From Planctomycetota bacterium (GTDB taxonomy: Bacteria > Planctomycetota > UBA8108 > SXIK01), in assembly GCA_965223265.1 (NCBI GenBank), contig OZ244999.1, positions 6,048,001 to 6,112,000 of the forward strand: a stretch of 64,000 nucleotides of DNA, written 5' to 3'. The position numbers and the translations under genes were made by a program. The notes under the pieces are model-generated. The model was not told the DNA's origin. It made no database searches and was given only the letters and a program-made list of their open reading frames with translations. Shown in pieces: positions 30,793-40,963 of this stretch (its first letter is position 1; the number at the start of each line of letters is the position of its first letter).

Positions 30793-31557
30793 ATGACGAA
30801 AAAGATTGCGATTATCGTTCAATGCACCGGGGCGTATCTTGGTCTTATTCCCGCCTTGACACGAAGTATTGACAGGTATTTGGTACCAGGTGCGTCTAAA
30901 ATCATTCTAGCGTTCAACGAAACAACGGATAACCTGAAAGAGGAGAGTTTGGAGCAGTCCGTTGTCGTGTTTAGGGCAGTCCGAGCGTCTATATCGATTG
31001 AAAGTTCTCTGTGTCTCTTCGGACTCATTCGAGAAGCGCGGAAGGAGATTCTGGATTTCGAGTTCTGCCTGGTCCTTGATGCTGACATGTTAGTGGTTCG
31101 GACCATTTCTTTCGCAGACATCTTTCCTGGCGAGTCGCAAGAACTGGTCGGGGTTCAACATTTTGGCTACCGGACGCAAAACGATTGGCAGCCGTCGGAG
31201 CGTTGTTCAGCATTCGTTCCCAAGTTAGAACGTGGTCCTACCTACTGGCAGGGTTGTCTCTTCGGGGGAAGAGTCGATGCCGTGCTGAAAATGGCCGATG
31301 AACTGGACGAGATGATATCGGTGGATTCTTCCGCAGGAACTACGGAGGGTGCTTGGGAAGAACCCTATTTGAATTGGTATTTCAATCAACGTTCGAATCT
31401 GGTGAAGACACTGTCGTGTTCGTTTGCTGCGCCTTATGCCTTTTCACGTACGATTAGCTCGATGAGGCGGACCTACGAAGAACTTGCGAGAGGCGAGGCT
31501 CCGAGGATCATTCACTACAATGCGCAGACTTGCGGTGTGCCGCTCGGGGACCAGTAA
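30793..31557 (+). CDS. family 6 glycosyltransferase (ABO/alpha-Gal-like)
   Basis: QCTGAY (cf. ATGKY), DADM, YWQGCLFGG, WEEPYLNWYF (cf. WHDESHLNKY). Confidence 0.75.
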   Translation: MTKKIAIIVQCTGAYLGLIPALTRSIDRYLVPGASKIILAFNETTDNLKEESLEQSVVVFRAVRASISIESSLCLFGLIREARKEILDFEFCLVLDADMLVVRTISFADIFPGESQELVGVQHFGYRTQNDWQPSERCSAFVPKLERGPTYWQGCLFGGRVDAVLKMADELDEMISVDSSAGTTEGAWEEPYLNWYFNQRSNLVKTLSCSFAAPYAFSRTISSMRRTYEELARGEAPRIIHYNAQTCGVPLGDQ

Positions 31558-31572
31558 GCGTCGAAAGTCTGC

Positions 31573-32364
31573 TCAGGGCGGGCGGGTGGGGGGCGATGCG
31601 CCGCTTCGGAGTTTTTCTGCTTCAGCCTCAAGGTAGTTCGACCATCGAGAGCGGAACAGAGAAAAGTTATCCCGCTCGTACTCACCTCCTCGTGCGCGAG
31701 TTCCGCACTCGTCATGCTGAACCACGGCCTCCATGTTGCACAGAATCCGGGATTCGGAGGATTTCGCGCGCAGGCAAAAATCGATGTCCTCAAAACCGTA
31801 CCAGTAGCATTCATCCAGTCCGTTCAGCCCATCCCAGAGAGAGCGTCGAATCAGAGCGCATGCGAAGGTGACCGCATCCACCTCTTGAGGCGGAAGTCCT
31901 TGATAAAGAAGTGCTTGGTGGCCTCTCCCGAGGTGGTCGAGACGGGGCAGTACTCTGACGCCGGCGTGATTCACAGTTCCGTCACTTTGGAGCGCGAGGA
32001 CGCCCATCACGTCCGCGTCGCTCCGACGGCGCCATAGGCGCTCCAGCATAGTCGGATGAGGAATGAGGTCGTCGTTCACTAGTAGCAGCCACGTCGTCGA
32101 ACTGAGCTGAGCCGCTCGGTTGTTTCCCGCAGAAAAACTGGTTTCGGGGTCAACGTTGACCACCCGCCAGAGATGCTTCTTGGCAGTCGCCGTCAAGCTT
32201 CGTTCCATCACGCCGTTGTTGACGAGAAATCGGATGCAAGAAACGCCAAGGTCTTCGACCTGTGGCATCAGGGCACGACTCAGGCGTTCCACGTATTGGG
32301 TGTTTCCCCGCGTGAGAGTGATGATCTGAATGTCTGTTTCAGGCAATGGCGCAATCTGTTTCAT
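31573..32364 (-). CDS. family 2 glycosyltransferase
   Basis: FSAGNN, LLLVNDD, VTFACALIRR, GLDE..YGFEDIDFCLR. Confidence 0.9.
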   Translation of the reverse strand: MKQIAPLPETDIQIITLTRGNTQYVERLSRALMPQVEDLGVSCIRFLVNNGVMERSLTATAKKHLWRVVNVDPETSFSAGNNRAAQLSSTTWLLLVNDDLIPHPTMLERLWRRRSDADVMGVLALQSDGTVNHAGVRVLPRLDHLGRGHQALLYQGLPPQEVDAVTFACALIRRSLWDGLNGLDECYWYGFEDIDFCLRAKSSESRILCNMEAVVQHDECGTRARGGEYERDNFSLFRSRWSNYLEAEAEKLRSGASPPTRPP

Positions 32365-32387
32365 TTGACCTGAGCCTGAGGGGGCCG

Positions 32388-34871
32388 CTATCTCGCCAGT
32401 GGGATCTCTACGATGCGTTCGTATTCAGGTGTCCTTCTCACGACGTCGCCGGGGTCTCGAATAAGAAGATTTTCTCTTTCGTAACCCTTTTTGAGGGTCC
32501 GGATTGTCACTTCGAATTCACCCATCGTGACGGAGCCAGTAGTAGCTTGGCGATCGAGCCAACTGGGAAGTGTCCGCAAGAATCGGAAGTCATCCGAAAG
32601 GCATGCCTTGGGTGTGGTTATGACTGTCACATCGCAGTCTGCCAACCGGAACCCGTCTGAAACGACTTCAACCTTGTCGTGTGTGAGTAGGGGCGTAACG
32701 CGAGACTCCTCTTCTGTGTACTTACCCACTACTTCTCGTACAAGTCGTCTGTCGTCGACGTCAAGCACTTCGACTTTGGAGAATAGCGGTTCGACGACTT
32801 GAAGCACCGAATACAGCACCTCCGGAACTCTCGTGTGAGTGACGTCAATCCCGAGTCCGATGTTGTACTTGGCGTCGACGATGGGTTTGCAGAAATCATC
32901 GACGTGCGGCATTGGACGTCCCCATTTGCGGGAAAAATTTCGTCGATTCTTCTGCGTGCTACGCTGCCACTCGACGGAGTTTTTTCCTACCCCGTCCCGG
33001 AATCGAGAACCCCTACACGTGAAATGGTAACAGAGACTGGACCAGGACTGAACAGGCTCGTACTGAGCAAGCATCATTCGGTTAAAGAGGTCGGAGTCCT
33101 CGAGAGACTGAGGAGCGAAGACTGGATCATGGCCACCAATCCGAAGGTAATCCGCACGAAAGCACATGAATGGTGCGAAAAGTCCGTGGGTGAATTTTTC
33201 TGTATTTTCAGACCGTCTCGTTTCGCAGAAGTCCAAGAACCTCTCTTCTTCGAAATCTTCAACCTGAATGCCGAAGTTTTCGAGGATTTTGGCTTGTTCC
33301 TGTCCTCTGTGAATCGGTGGTTCGACGCGTGTCGAGCTGACGACGGTTCCGAGTTTGAGGTATTTATAGAGTTCGATGTCAGCTCTTCTTCCAAAGTACA
33401 TGTCAGAATGGACGATGAAGACGACGTCATGTCGAGCGCTTTTCACGCAGTAGTCGTATGCATGAACTATGCCAACACGTTCAGGTCCTGGATTGAGAAG
33501 CAGGTCATACCGATAGAGATTCTGATTGTTCTTTAGCCATTCGACGTCCCCATCGTTGGAGGCATCATCGAAGAGAAGGATTTGATGGTCGCCTCTTACG
33601 AAGTTGGAACGAATTGACTTCAAGGCAAGGGTCAGAAATGGAACCGTGTCTCGGTTTGTCAGGACGATCGAGAGCTGAGGGATCGACGACTTGGGTGCGA
33701 CCATGAAGTGACGCGGAGTCGATCTTCTTGTTGTCTCAGGGTCCTTTTGGGGTGAATGTCCTCTTCCGAGAATCTTGCGCAAATTCGGGTCGCGAGGAAT
33801 AGGGGCAATGGCAAGGTCGTCGAAGGGGTACCACTGTGGCTCGTCTCGGAGTTTGCAGCGAAAGTACGTGCCCTTAAACGGTGGCCGGTCGATATGGGAT
33901 CCCGTTCCGCAAGAGGAGGATTCCCACTTTCGGTCGTGCCACTGCGCATTGAGGAAAGGGTGGTCATTCGTGAACCCTTTTCGTCCGGCGGGCAAGCGTG
34001 CGGAATAGCCACTATGCAGAAGCGCGCATCGATGAACAAAGCGATCGTTTCCCGTCATCGATCCTCGCGGGTTTCCCTGGTCGGCACTTCGCCAATCGTG
34101 TTCCCTATTGAAACCGAGGACCCATGGAACTCCCTCTCGATTCAATCGCAGCGTGTAGTCGGTGTCTTCGAATCCATGATTGGAGACATATCGTTCGTCG
34201 TACCACCCGATTCTTCGTACAACTTCCTTGTGCATGCATAGGAACGCGAAGTTGTTGATGACGGCGAGCGCATCGCTTGCATGTTGCATTCTTTGGTAGT
34301 AGTCGAACCAACCAGGTAGTACCTCGCAGTCATCGTCGAAGGAGATTAGCCACGGAGTGGGGCAGCGACGAACCATTTGATTCCTCAGCCAGCTAATCGA
34401 GTTTGGAGAAACATAACCGGCTGCTGCGTTGTATGCCTCAGGGGGATCGGTCAGCTCGTATGAGAGGTGCTGCTTGATCCACTCTATGCCCTTCGAGGGA
34501 TGGGTGAAGTACTCGCTGCGGTACTCCAGTACCGTCCAGTTTGGGTGGTGGTATCGGACAGCCGAAACTGTGTCGTCGTCAGTGTTATTGACGTGGAGCA
34601 CGCGCGAAGCGCCGGGGAGTTGCTGTGACGTCCGCTCTATGGAGTCGATGAGTCTAAGGAGGAAATCCTTGCGATTGCGAGTGAGGATCGCAAGTGTCAC
34701 GTTGTCGGCGGTGAGCCGCTCCGACCGCGGAAGACGCTCTCCGTCGTCGTTGTAAAGTACTCCACACTCCCCCGCACTGATGAACGGTTTGCCTCGATGG
34801 AGCGGCTCGCGAAGCGCGACGCCCTCCCACTGCGGAGTATTTCGAAAGAGTATTGATTCCCGTGTCCTCAT
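32388..34871 (-). CDS. tandem two-domain family 2 glycosyltransferase
   Basis: Domain 1 SFDDD, GWYDER..GFEDTD; domain 2 DDASND, HSDM, IGGHD..EDSD. Confidence 0.85.
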   Translation of the reverse strand: MRTRESILFRNTPQWEGVALREPLHRGKPFISAGECGVLYNDDGERLPRSERLTADNVTLAILTRNRKDFLLRLIDSIERTSQQLPGASRVLHVNNTDDDTVSAVRYHHPNWTVLEYRSEYFTHPSKGIEWIKQHLSYELTDPPEAYNAAAGYVSPNSISWLRNQMVRRCPTPWLISFDDDCEVLPGWFDYYQRMQHASDALAVINNFAFLCMHKEVVRRIGWYDERYVSNHGFEDTDYTLRLNREGVPWVLGFNREHDWRSADQGNPRGSMTGNDRFVHRCALLHSGYSARLPAGRKGFTNDHPFLNAQWHDRKWESSSCGTGSHIDRPPFKGTYFRCKLRDEPQWYPFDDLAIAPIPRDPNLRKILGRGHSPQKDPETTRRSTPRHFMVAPKSSIPQLSIVLTNRDTVPFLTLALKSIRSNFVRGDHQILLFDDASNDGDVEWLKNNQNLYRYDLLLNPGPERVGIVHAYDYCVKSARHDVVFIVHSDMYFGRRADIELYKYLKLGTVVSSTRVEPPIHRGQEQAKILENFGIQVEDFEEERFLDFCETRRSENTEKFTHGLFAPFMCFRADYLRIGGHDPVFAPQSLEDSDLFNRMMLAQYEPVQSWSSLCYHFTCRGSRFRDGVGKNSVEWQRSTQKNRRNFSRKWGRPMPHVDDFCKPIVDAKYNIGLGIDVTHTRVPEVLYSVLQVVEPLFSKVEVLDVDDRRLVREVVGKYTEEESRVTPLLTHDKVEVVSDGFRLADCDVTVITTPKACLSDDFRFLRTLPSWLDRQATTGSVTMGEFEVTIRTLKKGYERENLLIRDPGDVVRRTPEYERIVEIPLAR

Positions 34872-35201
34872 GGTAACGAACCTGTGCTATCGAGAGATTC
34901 GGAGAGAAATCACGGCAACATCGCGCGAGACTTCATGAGCATAGTCTGATTCGAAGGACGCGCGAAACAAAAATCGAGAATGGCGGCCTTGCGACACGAT
35001 GTGGTTACAAACTGTTCCGATGGCAGCGAACGTTCGTTCGTCACTCGGATGGACTACGTCTCGTTGGAGTTGAAGATTTCGCGAATGAAATACGTTGCAG
35101 TTCAACTGGAGTGGCTGTATCGTTCGAGACCTCCGAGTAGTTGTGATGCCGCGGCAGTATGGATGATCAGCTGACAACTGATCACCGAGGAAGCAGTTCC
35201 T

Positions 35202-38075
35202 GTGAACGTACTCGTCTTCACAGAAGGTGACTTGCGCCTGGCAAAGGGTTGGCACCCGTCGCATTTCATTCTGACCGCGAGGCAGGATGGGGCTGGCGAC
35301 ATCAGGTACGACCCAGAGGAGGACACCTATGAGGACATAACGAGCAGACTTCCGTGCGGTTTTGGACTCGACGCCGTGCTGATTGCCAGCCTTGAGTATG
35401 GCAATTTCGTTTGGGGCCTTCACGAGGCGCCGGTTCCGATCGTGGCCACCGTCTCGGACACGAATATCTGTTTTGAAACGGTGAAGAGCACGATCCCGTT
35501 CGTCGACCTCTTCATCTGTAACGAGCGACTTCAGGCAGATAGGCTGGAGAGAACCGGCGCGAAAGTTGTCCATTTGCCTTGGTTTGCTCTCGACGCGGAG
35601 GTGTTTCGACCGGGGGATGTGACAGAAACGTGGGACTTGCTCTTCGTGGGGAATCTGCAGCCGTACATCCACAAGCGACGCGGAAAGCTGCTAGAGAGAC
35701 TCCTCAGCGCTCTTGGAAAGTTCGATTGTCGTGTCCTGACCAACACTTACGGACCGGGGTACCTGAAGGCGCTGGCGCGCGCCAAAATGGTGTTCAACCA
35801 TTCGGTGCGTGGCGAGATCAACATGCGCGTGTACGAAGCGCTTGGTGCTCGAAAGTTGCTCTTGGTCGAAGAGACGAACAGCGAGATTCTGGAGCGGTTC
35901 ACGGCGGGGGAGCACGTCGCGACATATTCTGAGGAGAACTTGATCGAGCAAGTTGACTATTTTCTCAGTCACGATCGTGAGAGGGAGGAGATCGCTCAAA
36001 GGGGCTATGAAGAGGTTGTCCGCAATCACTCATGGGAGGCCCGAGCGCAGAGCCTTGGTTCCATCCTCGAAGGCGTAGTCTCCAGTGGTGTGCAGCGCGC
36101 GGCCCACGATCTTTCGGAAGAGACGCTTCACCGCTTGGCGTCGCGCATCTTCATGAATCACAGAAGGTTCAACGCGGCGATTCGACATGCGGAGTCCGCG
36201 TTGTCCACCGAGAATTCGAGCGCTAATCGCGAGAATCTTTCTCGGGTACTCTGCAGCGCTGCGGCGTTCGTTGATTCTGAGAATCGGGAGGCTCACCTGC
36301 GATACACCGAACGGGCAACGGACGCAGCTCTCGAATCGGAGCGACGGAATGTGTTCACGGCGTTTAACACGCTGGAGCTTGATCAGGTTCGTGGCACACC
36401 AGACGGCCCGGGAATTGCTCGCTTCATCGACGCCTTGGTCGACGATGAGTACGATCATCTCGAAGAGGGTGGTCCTCTGAACGTGGACTTCGAGTACTTC
36501 CGAGTCAACTGGGAAACGCAACTGAATCACGAGTCGGACGTGGGGCTGGAGCCTGACAGACGGCGGAACATCTTACTTGCTCGAGCTCACGAACTTCTCG
36601 GGGACTGGGAACGCGGACGAGGGAACCACTCGAGCGCGGTAGAAGCCTACAGCGAGGCGGTCTCTCGGCAGGACTGGGGGTACCTTCGCCACAAACTCGG
36701 TTCGACTCTTGTGCGGCTTGGGCGATTGGAGGACGCTGAGCCCGAGTTTCGTGCTGCTGTAGGCGCTGAACCGTTCTTTTTCGCTGCACAGTGTGATCTC
36801 GCGTGCGTCTGTCTCGAGACTCAGAAGCTCGAGGAGGCGAAGTCGGTTGCGGCAGACGGTCTTCTCACGATCGCTGGCCCATTCGACTCGTTTGAGACAA
36901 GACTGGTCGAAATCCTGGAACGATGCGCGATTCCGGAGCACTTGTGCACCTACCAGGGCCACGAACCAATTCACTGGGAGGGCGTATTCTTCAATCTTAG
37001 CGCTCACGCTTTAGAGGCCCGAGAGCTCGCCTGTGAACTCGAACGTCGTTCCGCTCCTTTATCTCTGTCGTCGCACGACGTGGAGGAAGAAGCTATGCTC
37101 GATGTCGACGGCACGTTCTCGTTACTGAAGGGCCTCGAAGGAGAGCCCGATTCCGAATCGTTCGTCCATGTCTTTCACGGCTCACCGGCGGCGTTCGAAC
37201 CTCGCTCGCGCGCGTCCGTGAGCGTTGTTCGCACTACATTCGAAACCGATCGGCTGCCAAAAGGTTGGGCAGAGGTCCTTCAAGAAGCCGACCGAGTTTG
37301 GGTTCTCAGCGAGTTCAACCGGCGAGTGTTCGAAGAGCAGGGAGTCCCGGAGGACAGAATCGCGGTGATTCCCCCACCGCTTGGGCCGGTGCCACTCCCC
37401 ACAGCGACGCCGTTGGAAATCCTGAACACGAAACGGTTCAATTTCCTCTCAGTGTTCGACTGGGGAGCACGGAAAGGGTGGGACATTCTGCTGCGAGCTT
37501 TCTTTACGGAGTTCAGCGCAGTTGATGATGTGACACTCGTTCTACGGATCTGTTCGTTGCAGGGACTCAAACAGGTCGAGGTTCGGGATCGTATTCGCGG
37601 ATTCATTCGCAGCGAAATAGGTCAAGATCCGGACCGCGGACCCGAACTCTCGTTTGTCGACGAAACGTTGAGGCCAGGCGAGATGAGAGGCCTTTATGCC
37701 GCCGTCGACGCCTTTGTGCTTCCAACCCGAGGCGAGGGGTTTGGGCGGCCACTTCTCGAGGCGATCGTGGCTGGTCTTCCGACGATCGGAACGAAATGGG
37801 GAGGGCAGCTGGACTTCTTGAATGATCGCAGCGGTTATTTGATCGACGTAGAGGGGCTTGAGCGAATCGAAGGGCGTGTCCCGGAGTTCTTTGTCGGGCA
37901 CAAGTGGGCGGTTCCTTCGGTAGATCACCTTCGCGTCTTGATGCGTCGGGTATACGAGGATCCTGAGGAAGGGCGTCGCCGAGCACGGAGCTCCATTCCA
38001 GCTCTCCTGGAGCGTTACAACGTGAAGCAAGTCGCTAACTTGGTAGTGGATGATCTGAACCGTCTGACGGCATGA
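35202..38075 (+). CDS. multidomain glycosyltransferase: CgeB-like GT-B, TPR and GT4
   Basis: FNHSVRGEINMRVYEA (CgeB-like); TPR helices; FETDRLP..W, RKGWDILL, RGEGFGRPLLEA. Confidence 0.85.
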   Translation: MNVLVFTEGDLRLAKGWHPSHFILTARQDGAGDIRYDPEEDTYEDITSRLPCGFGLDAVLIASLEYGNFVWGLHEAPVPIVATVSDTNICFETVKSTIPFVDLFICNERLQADRLERTGAKVVHLPWFALDAEVFRPGDVTETWDLLFVGNLQPYIHKRRGKLLERLLSALGKFDCRVLTNTYGPGYLKALARAKMVFNHSVRGEINMRVYEALGARKLLLVEETNSEILERFTAGEHVATYSEENLIEQVDYFLSHDREREEIAQRGYEEVVRNHSWEARAQSLGSILEGVVSSGVQRAAHDLSEETLHRLASRIFMNHRRFNAAIRHAESALSTENSSANRENLSRVLCSAAAFVDSENREAHLRYTERATDAALESERRNVFTAFNTLELDQVRGTPDGPGIARFIDALVDDEYDHLEEGGPLNVDFEYFRVNWETQLNHESDVGLEPDRRRNILLARAHELLGDWERGRGNHSSAVEAYSEAVSRQDWGYLRHKLGSTLVRLGRLEDAEPEFRAAVGAEPFFFAAQCDLACVCLETQKLEEAKSVAADGLLTIAGPFDSFETRLVEILERCAIPEHLCTYQGHEPIHWEGVFFNLSAHALEARELACELERRSAPLSLSSHDVEEEAMLDVDGTFSLLKGLEGEPDSESFVHVFHGSPAAFEPRSRASVSVVRTTFETDRLPKGWAEVLQEADRVWVLSEFNRRVFEEQGVPEDRIAVIPPPLGPVPLPTATPLEILNTKRFNFLSVFDWGARKGWDILLRAFFTEFSAVDDVTLVLRICSLQGLKQVEVRDRIRGFIRSEIGQDPDRGPELSFVDETLRPGEMRGLYAAVDAFVLPTRGEGFGRPLLEAIVAGLPTIGTKWGGQLDFLNDRSGYLIDVEGLERIEGRVPEFFVGHKWAVPSVDHLRVLMRRVYEDPEEGRRRARSSIPALLERYNVKQVANLVVDDLNRLTA

Positions 38076-38083
38076 GGTCTTAA

Positions 38084-40885
38084 ATGGCGATCTCCCGAGC
38101 TCGACTGTACTCCAGAGGAAAGGGGCGGAGAATCCGAGTTCGTTATGAGGGGGAGTTCTCCACTCTTAGTAGTTTCGGTGTCGTTGCTAGAGAGATGGCG
38201 CTCTCGATGTGCTCCCGCCGAGAGATCGACCTCCACCTAGTTGACTGCGGGGCGAAGGACTTCGAACTGAGCGAGGATCCCAAAGCCCGTGTACTCCGCA
38301 GTTTCTTGAGTGAATCGCAATCAGATGAGGTTGACTTTCACATCCGACACCAATGGCCGCCGAACTTTGAGCCCCCGACCTCTGGGCGTTGGGTATTGGC
38401 GCAACCGTGGGAATATGGAAGCCTTCCTCAAAACTGGGTCGACGCATTCCGTGATTCGGTGGACGACGTCTGGTGCTTTTCACGATACGTTCAAGGCTCC
38501 TATCTCAGGGCAGGCTTTGATCCATTCCGGACAGCAGTCATTCCCCATGGGATCGATCCAGACGTATTTCGACCTGACGTTGATTCTCTTCCCCTAACCA
38601 CGAAAAAGACGTTCAAGATCCTTTACCTCGGAGGCACTCTCCATCGCAAAGGGGCGGACATCGCTCTGGAAGCCTATCTTCGTGCGTTTTCTTCCTGCGA
38701 CGACGTAACGCTCGTCGTGAAGGATATGGGAACGAACACGTTTTACCGGGGGCAGACCATAGGCGAAAAGATCATCGATGCTGCAAGAGATCCGACTCGA
38801 CCAGAGATCCTCTATCTGGATCGGCATTTCCAAGAGGGAGAGTTGGTTCGCCTGTACAACGCATGTGACGTGTTGCTTGCTCCGTACAGAGGTGAAGGAT
38901 TCGCCCTCCCTGTGCTGGAAGCCATGGCTTGTGGGCTTCACGTGATCGTAACATCAGGAGGTGCTACTGATGACTACGTCGATGGTTCATGCGGTACAAG
39001 AATTCCTTCGGATAAATCGATTTCAACTGATCGTCTACGCGACGGCACGAAGTGCGTGGCGCCCATCTTTCTCAGAGTGGCTGACGTTCACGAGGTTGTC
39101 AGATCGCTTCGTTGGGCTTACGACTATCGCCATCTTGGGGCGGAGCTGGGTCAGGTAGCCACTAAGCGCGCACGGCATGAGTGGACGTGGGACCAAGGCG
39201 TCGATCGCGCGATTGTTCGGTTCGAAGAATTGCTTCAAAGAGGTGTGCGGCGGTTGGAAGCCCAGACTACAAGTCACCCGACGCATGAGCCTCGACGAGA
39301 GGTCGCACCTGAGAAAGACGCAGCACCTTCAGAAGTTTCGCCATTTGTTCCGAGCACGACCTCTCGGTCTTCGAGCGTTTCGTTGACCATGATCGTTCGG
39401 AATGAGGAGAAGAACCTTGGTGAGTGTCTGGAGTCCATCCAAGGCGTCGTCGACGAGATTGTGGTCGTAGACACAGGCTCAACCGACCGTACAAAGGACA
39501 TCGCGAGGGAATTTGGTGCCAAACTCTACGACTTTCCGTGGGTGGACAGTTTTTCTCGCGCTCGTAACGAGGCCATCGAGCGGGCGACCGGTGACTGGGT
39601 TTTCTGGCTGGATGCGGACGATCGAGTGACACAATCGAATCGCGAGAAGCTGAAGCAGCTCTTCTCTGAGCTACCGCAGGATACATTGACAGCATACTCG
39701 ATGAAGGTGGAGTGCGTACCTCTTCCAGGTGGCTCGCCGACAGTCGTGGATCATGTGCGTCTATTTCCTCGTCGCGATGATTTGAGATGGGAGTACAGAG
39801 TTCACGAGAACATCCTCCCAGCAATCAATCGAGCAGGAGGCCAAGTAAAGTGGACTGATGTCGCCATCCACCACTACGGCTATCTCGACGCAGAGCTTCG
39901 AAGATCGAAGCGGATGCGGGACCACGCTCTCTTGCTGAAGGACCTAGAAGAACGGGCAGAAGACGCATTTGTCCACTTCAACGTCGGTCACAGCTACCTT
40001 GAGAACGAAGACTATGCGAAGGCTATCTCCCATCTAGAAGAGAGCATCAGCCGATCAGAGCCGCACTACTCTCAAGTAAAGAAGGCGTACGTCCTGCTCG
40101 CGCAAGCGAAGAACTCATCGGGGAGGACGAAAGAAGCGCTGGAAACACTGGACGAAGGGCGCAAACACCATCCACGGAATCCAGAGCTCCTGTACTATCG
40201 CGGTGTGTACAGCCATGTTGATGGCGACCTCGCGCGTGCAGCCGAATGCTTCCAGGAAATCCTCGAAACGAATGAATGGCCGCAGGAATTCGGCAGTTAC
40301 GACGTCGGAATACTCGACCACAAGTCCAGGCATCGACTAGCCCACGTGTATCTCGACCAAGGGCGAGAAAAAGACGGTGAAGCGTTGCTTGCTGAAATCG
40401 TCAAGACACACCCGAGTTACGTTTCGGGAATGATGGACCTGTGTCAACACTGGATCAAGACTGGTCGTGCAGACGGCGCGCAGAAATGTATCGAGACGCT
40501 CAAGAGTCGAGGATGCGATAGAGAGTGGCGTTTTTTGACGGGGCTCGTGAAAGAAGCTCAGGGAGACTTGGGAGGAGCAGCCAGGTCATTCAAGCAGGCG
40601 CTATCGTATGCCCCCGACTCCGAGGAGTACGTCGCGAAGTTGGCACATGTCTGCCTCAAACAGGGAGACCTGTCCGCGGCGGAGCACTTTCTTCGCAGGC
40701 ATGTAGAGCTAAATGGCAGATCGCCAGAGGCGCAGTACAATCTTGCTGGTGTTCTGTACGGAAAGGGAGACAAGTCAGCAGCGCTTGAAGCTTTGGAGCG
40801 TGCTCTTTCTCTTCGTCCAGACTACGCGTTTGCATTGGAACTAAAGGAGAAGCTATCTCAGGAAGAGTCAATGAGTAGCAACTGA
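38084..40885 (+). CDS. multidomain glycosyltransferase: GT4, SunS/flagellin-type GT2 and TPR repeats
   Basis: PWEYG, RKG.D, RGEGFALPVLEAMACG; MIVRNEE, DTGSTD, FSRARN, WLDADD, RVHE, HHYGY; C-terminal TPRs. Confidence 0.9.
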   Translation: MAISRARLYSRGKGRRIRVRYEGEFSTLSSFGVVAREMALSMCSRREIDLHLVDCGAKDFELSEDPKARVLRSFLSESQSDEVDFHIRHQWPPNFEPPTSGRWVLAQPWEYGSLPQNWVDAFRDSVDDVWCFSRYVQGSYLRAGFDPFRTAVIPHGIDPDVFRPDVDSLPLTTKKTFKILYLGGTLHRKGADIALEAYLRAFSSCDDVTLVVKDMGTNTFYRGQTIGEKIIDAARDPTRPEILYLDRHFQEGELVRLYNACDVLLAPYRGEGFALPVLEAMACGLHVIVTSGGATDDYVDGSCGTRIPSDKSISTDRLRDGTKCVAPIFLRVADVHEVVRSLRWAYDYRHLGAELGQVATKRARHEWTWDQGVDRAIVRFEELLQRGVRRLEAQTTSHPTHEPRREVAPEKDAAPSEVSPFVPSTTSRSSSVSLTMIVRNEEKNLGECLESIQGVVDEIVVVDTGSTDRTKDIAREFGAKLYDFPWVDSFSRARNEAIERATGDWVFWLDADDRVTQSNREKLKQLFSELPQDTLTAYSMKVECVPLPGGSPTVVDHVRLFPRRDDLRWEYRVHENILPAINRAGGQVKWTDVAIHHYGYLDAELRRSKRMRDHALLLKDLEERAEDAFVHFNVGHSYLENEDYAKAISHLEESISRSEPHYSQVKKAYVLLAQAKNSSGRTKEALETLDEGRKHHPRNPELLYYRGVYSHVDGDLARAAECFQEILETNEWPQEFGSYDVGILDHKSRHRLAHVYLDQGREKDGEALLAEIVKTHPSYVSGMMDLCQHWIKTGRADGAQKCIETLKSRGCDREWRFLTGLVKEAQGDLGGAARSFKQALSYAPDSEEYVAKLAHVCLKQGDLSAAEHFLRRHVELNGRSPEAQYNLAGVLYGKGDKSAALEALERALSLRPDYAFALELKEKLSQEESMSSN

Positions 40886-40963
40886 TCCGCAAGTAGATCC
40901 ATGCGTGGTGGCGCGCCTGTTTTCGGGCGTCACAAGTACACTCAGGAATAAGCGAGGTGTAGG

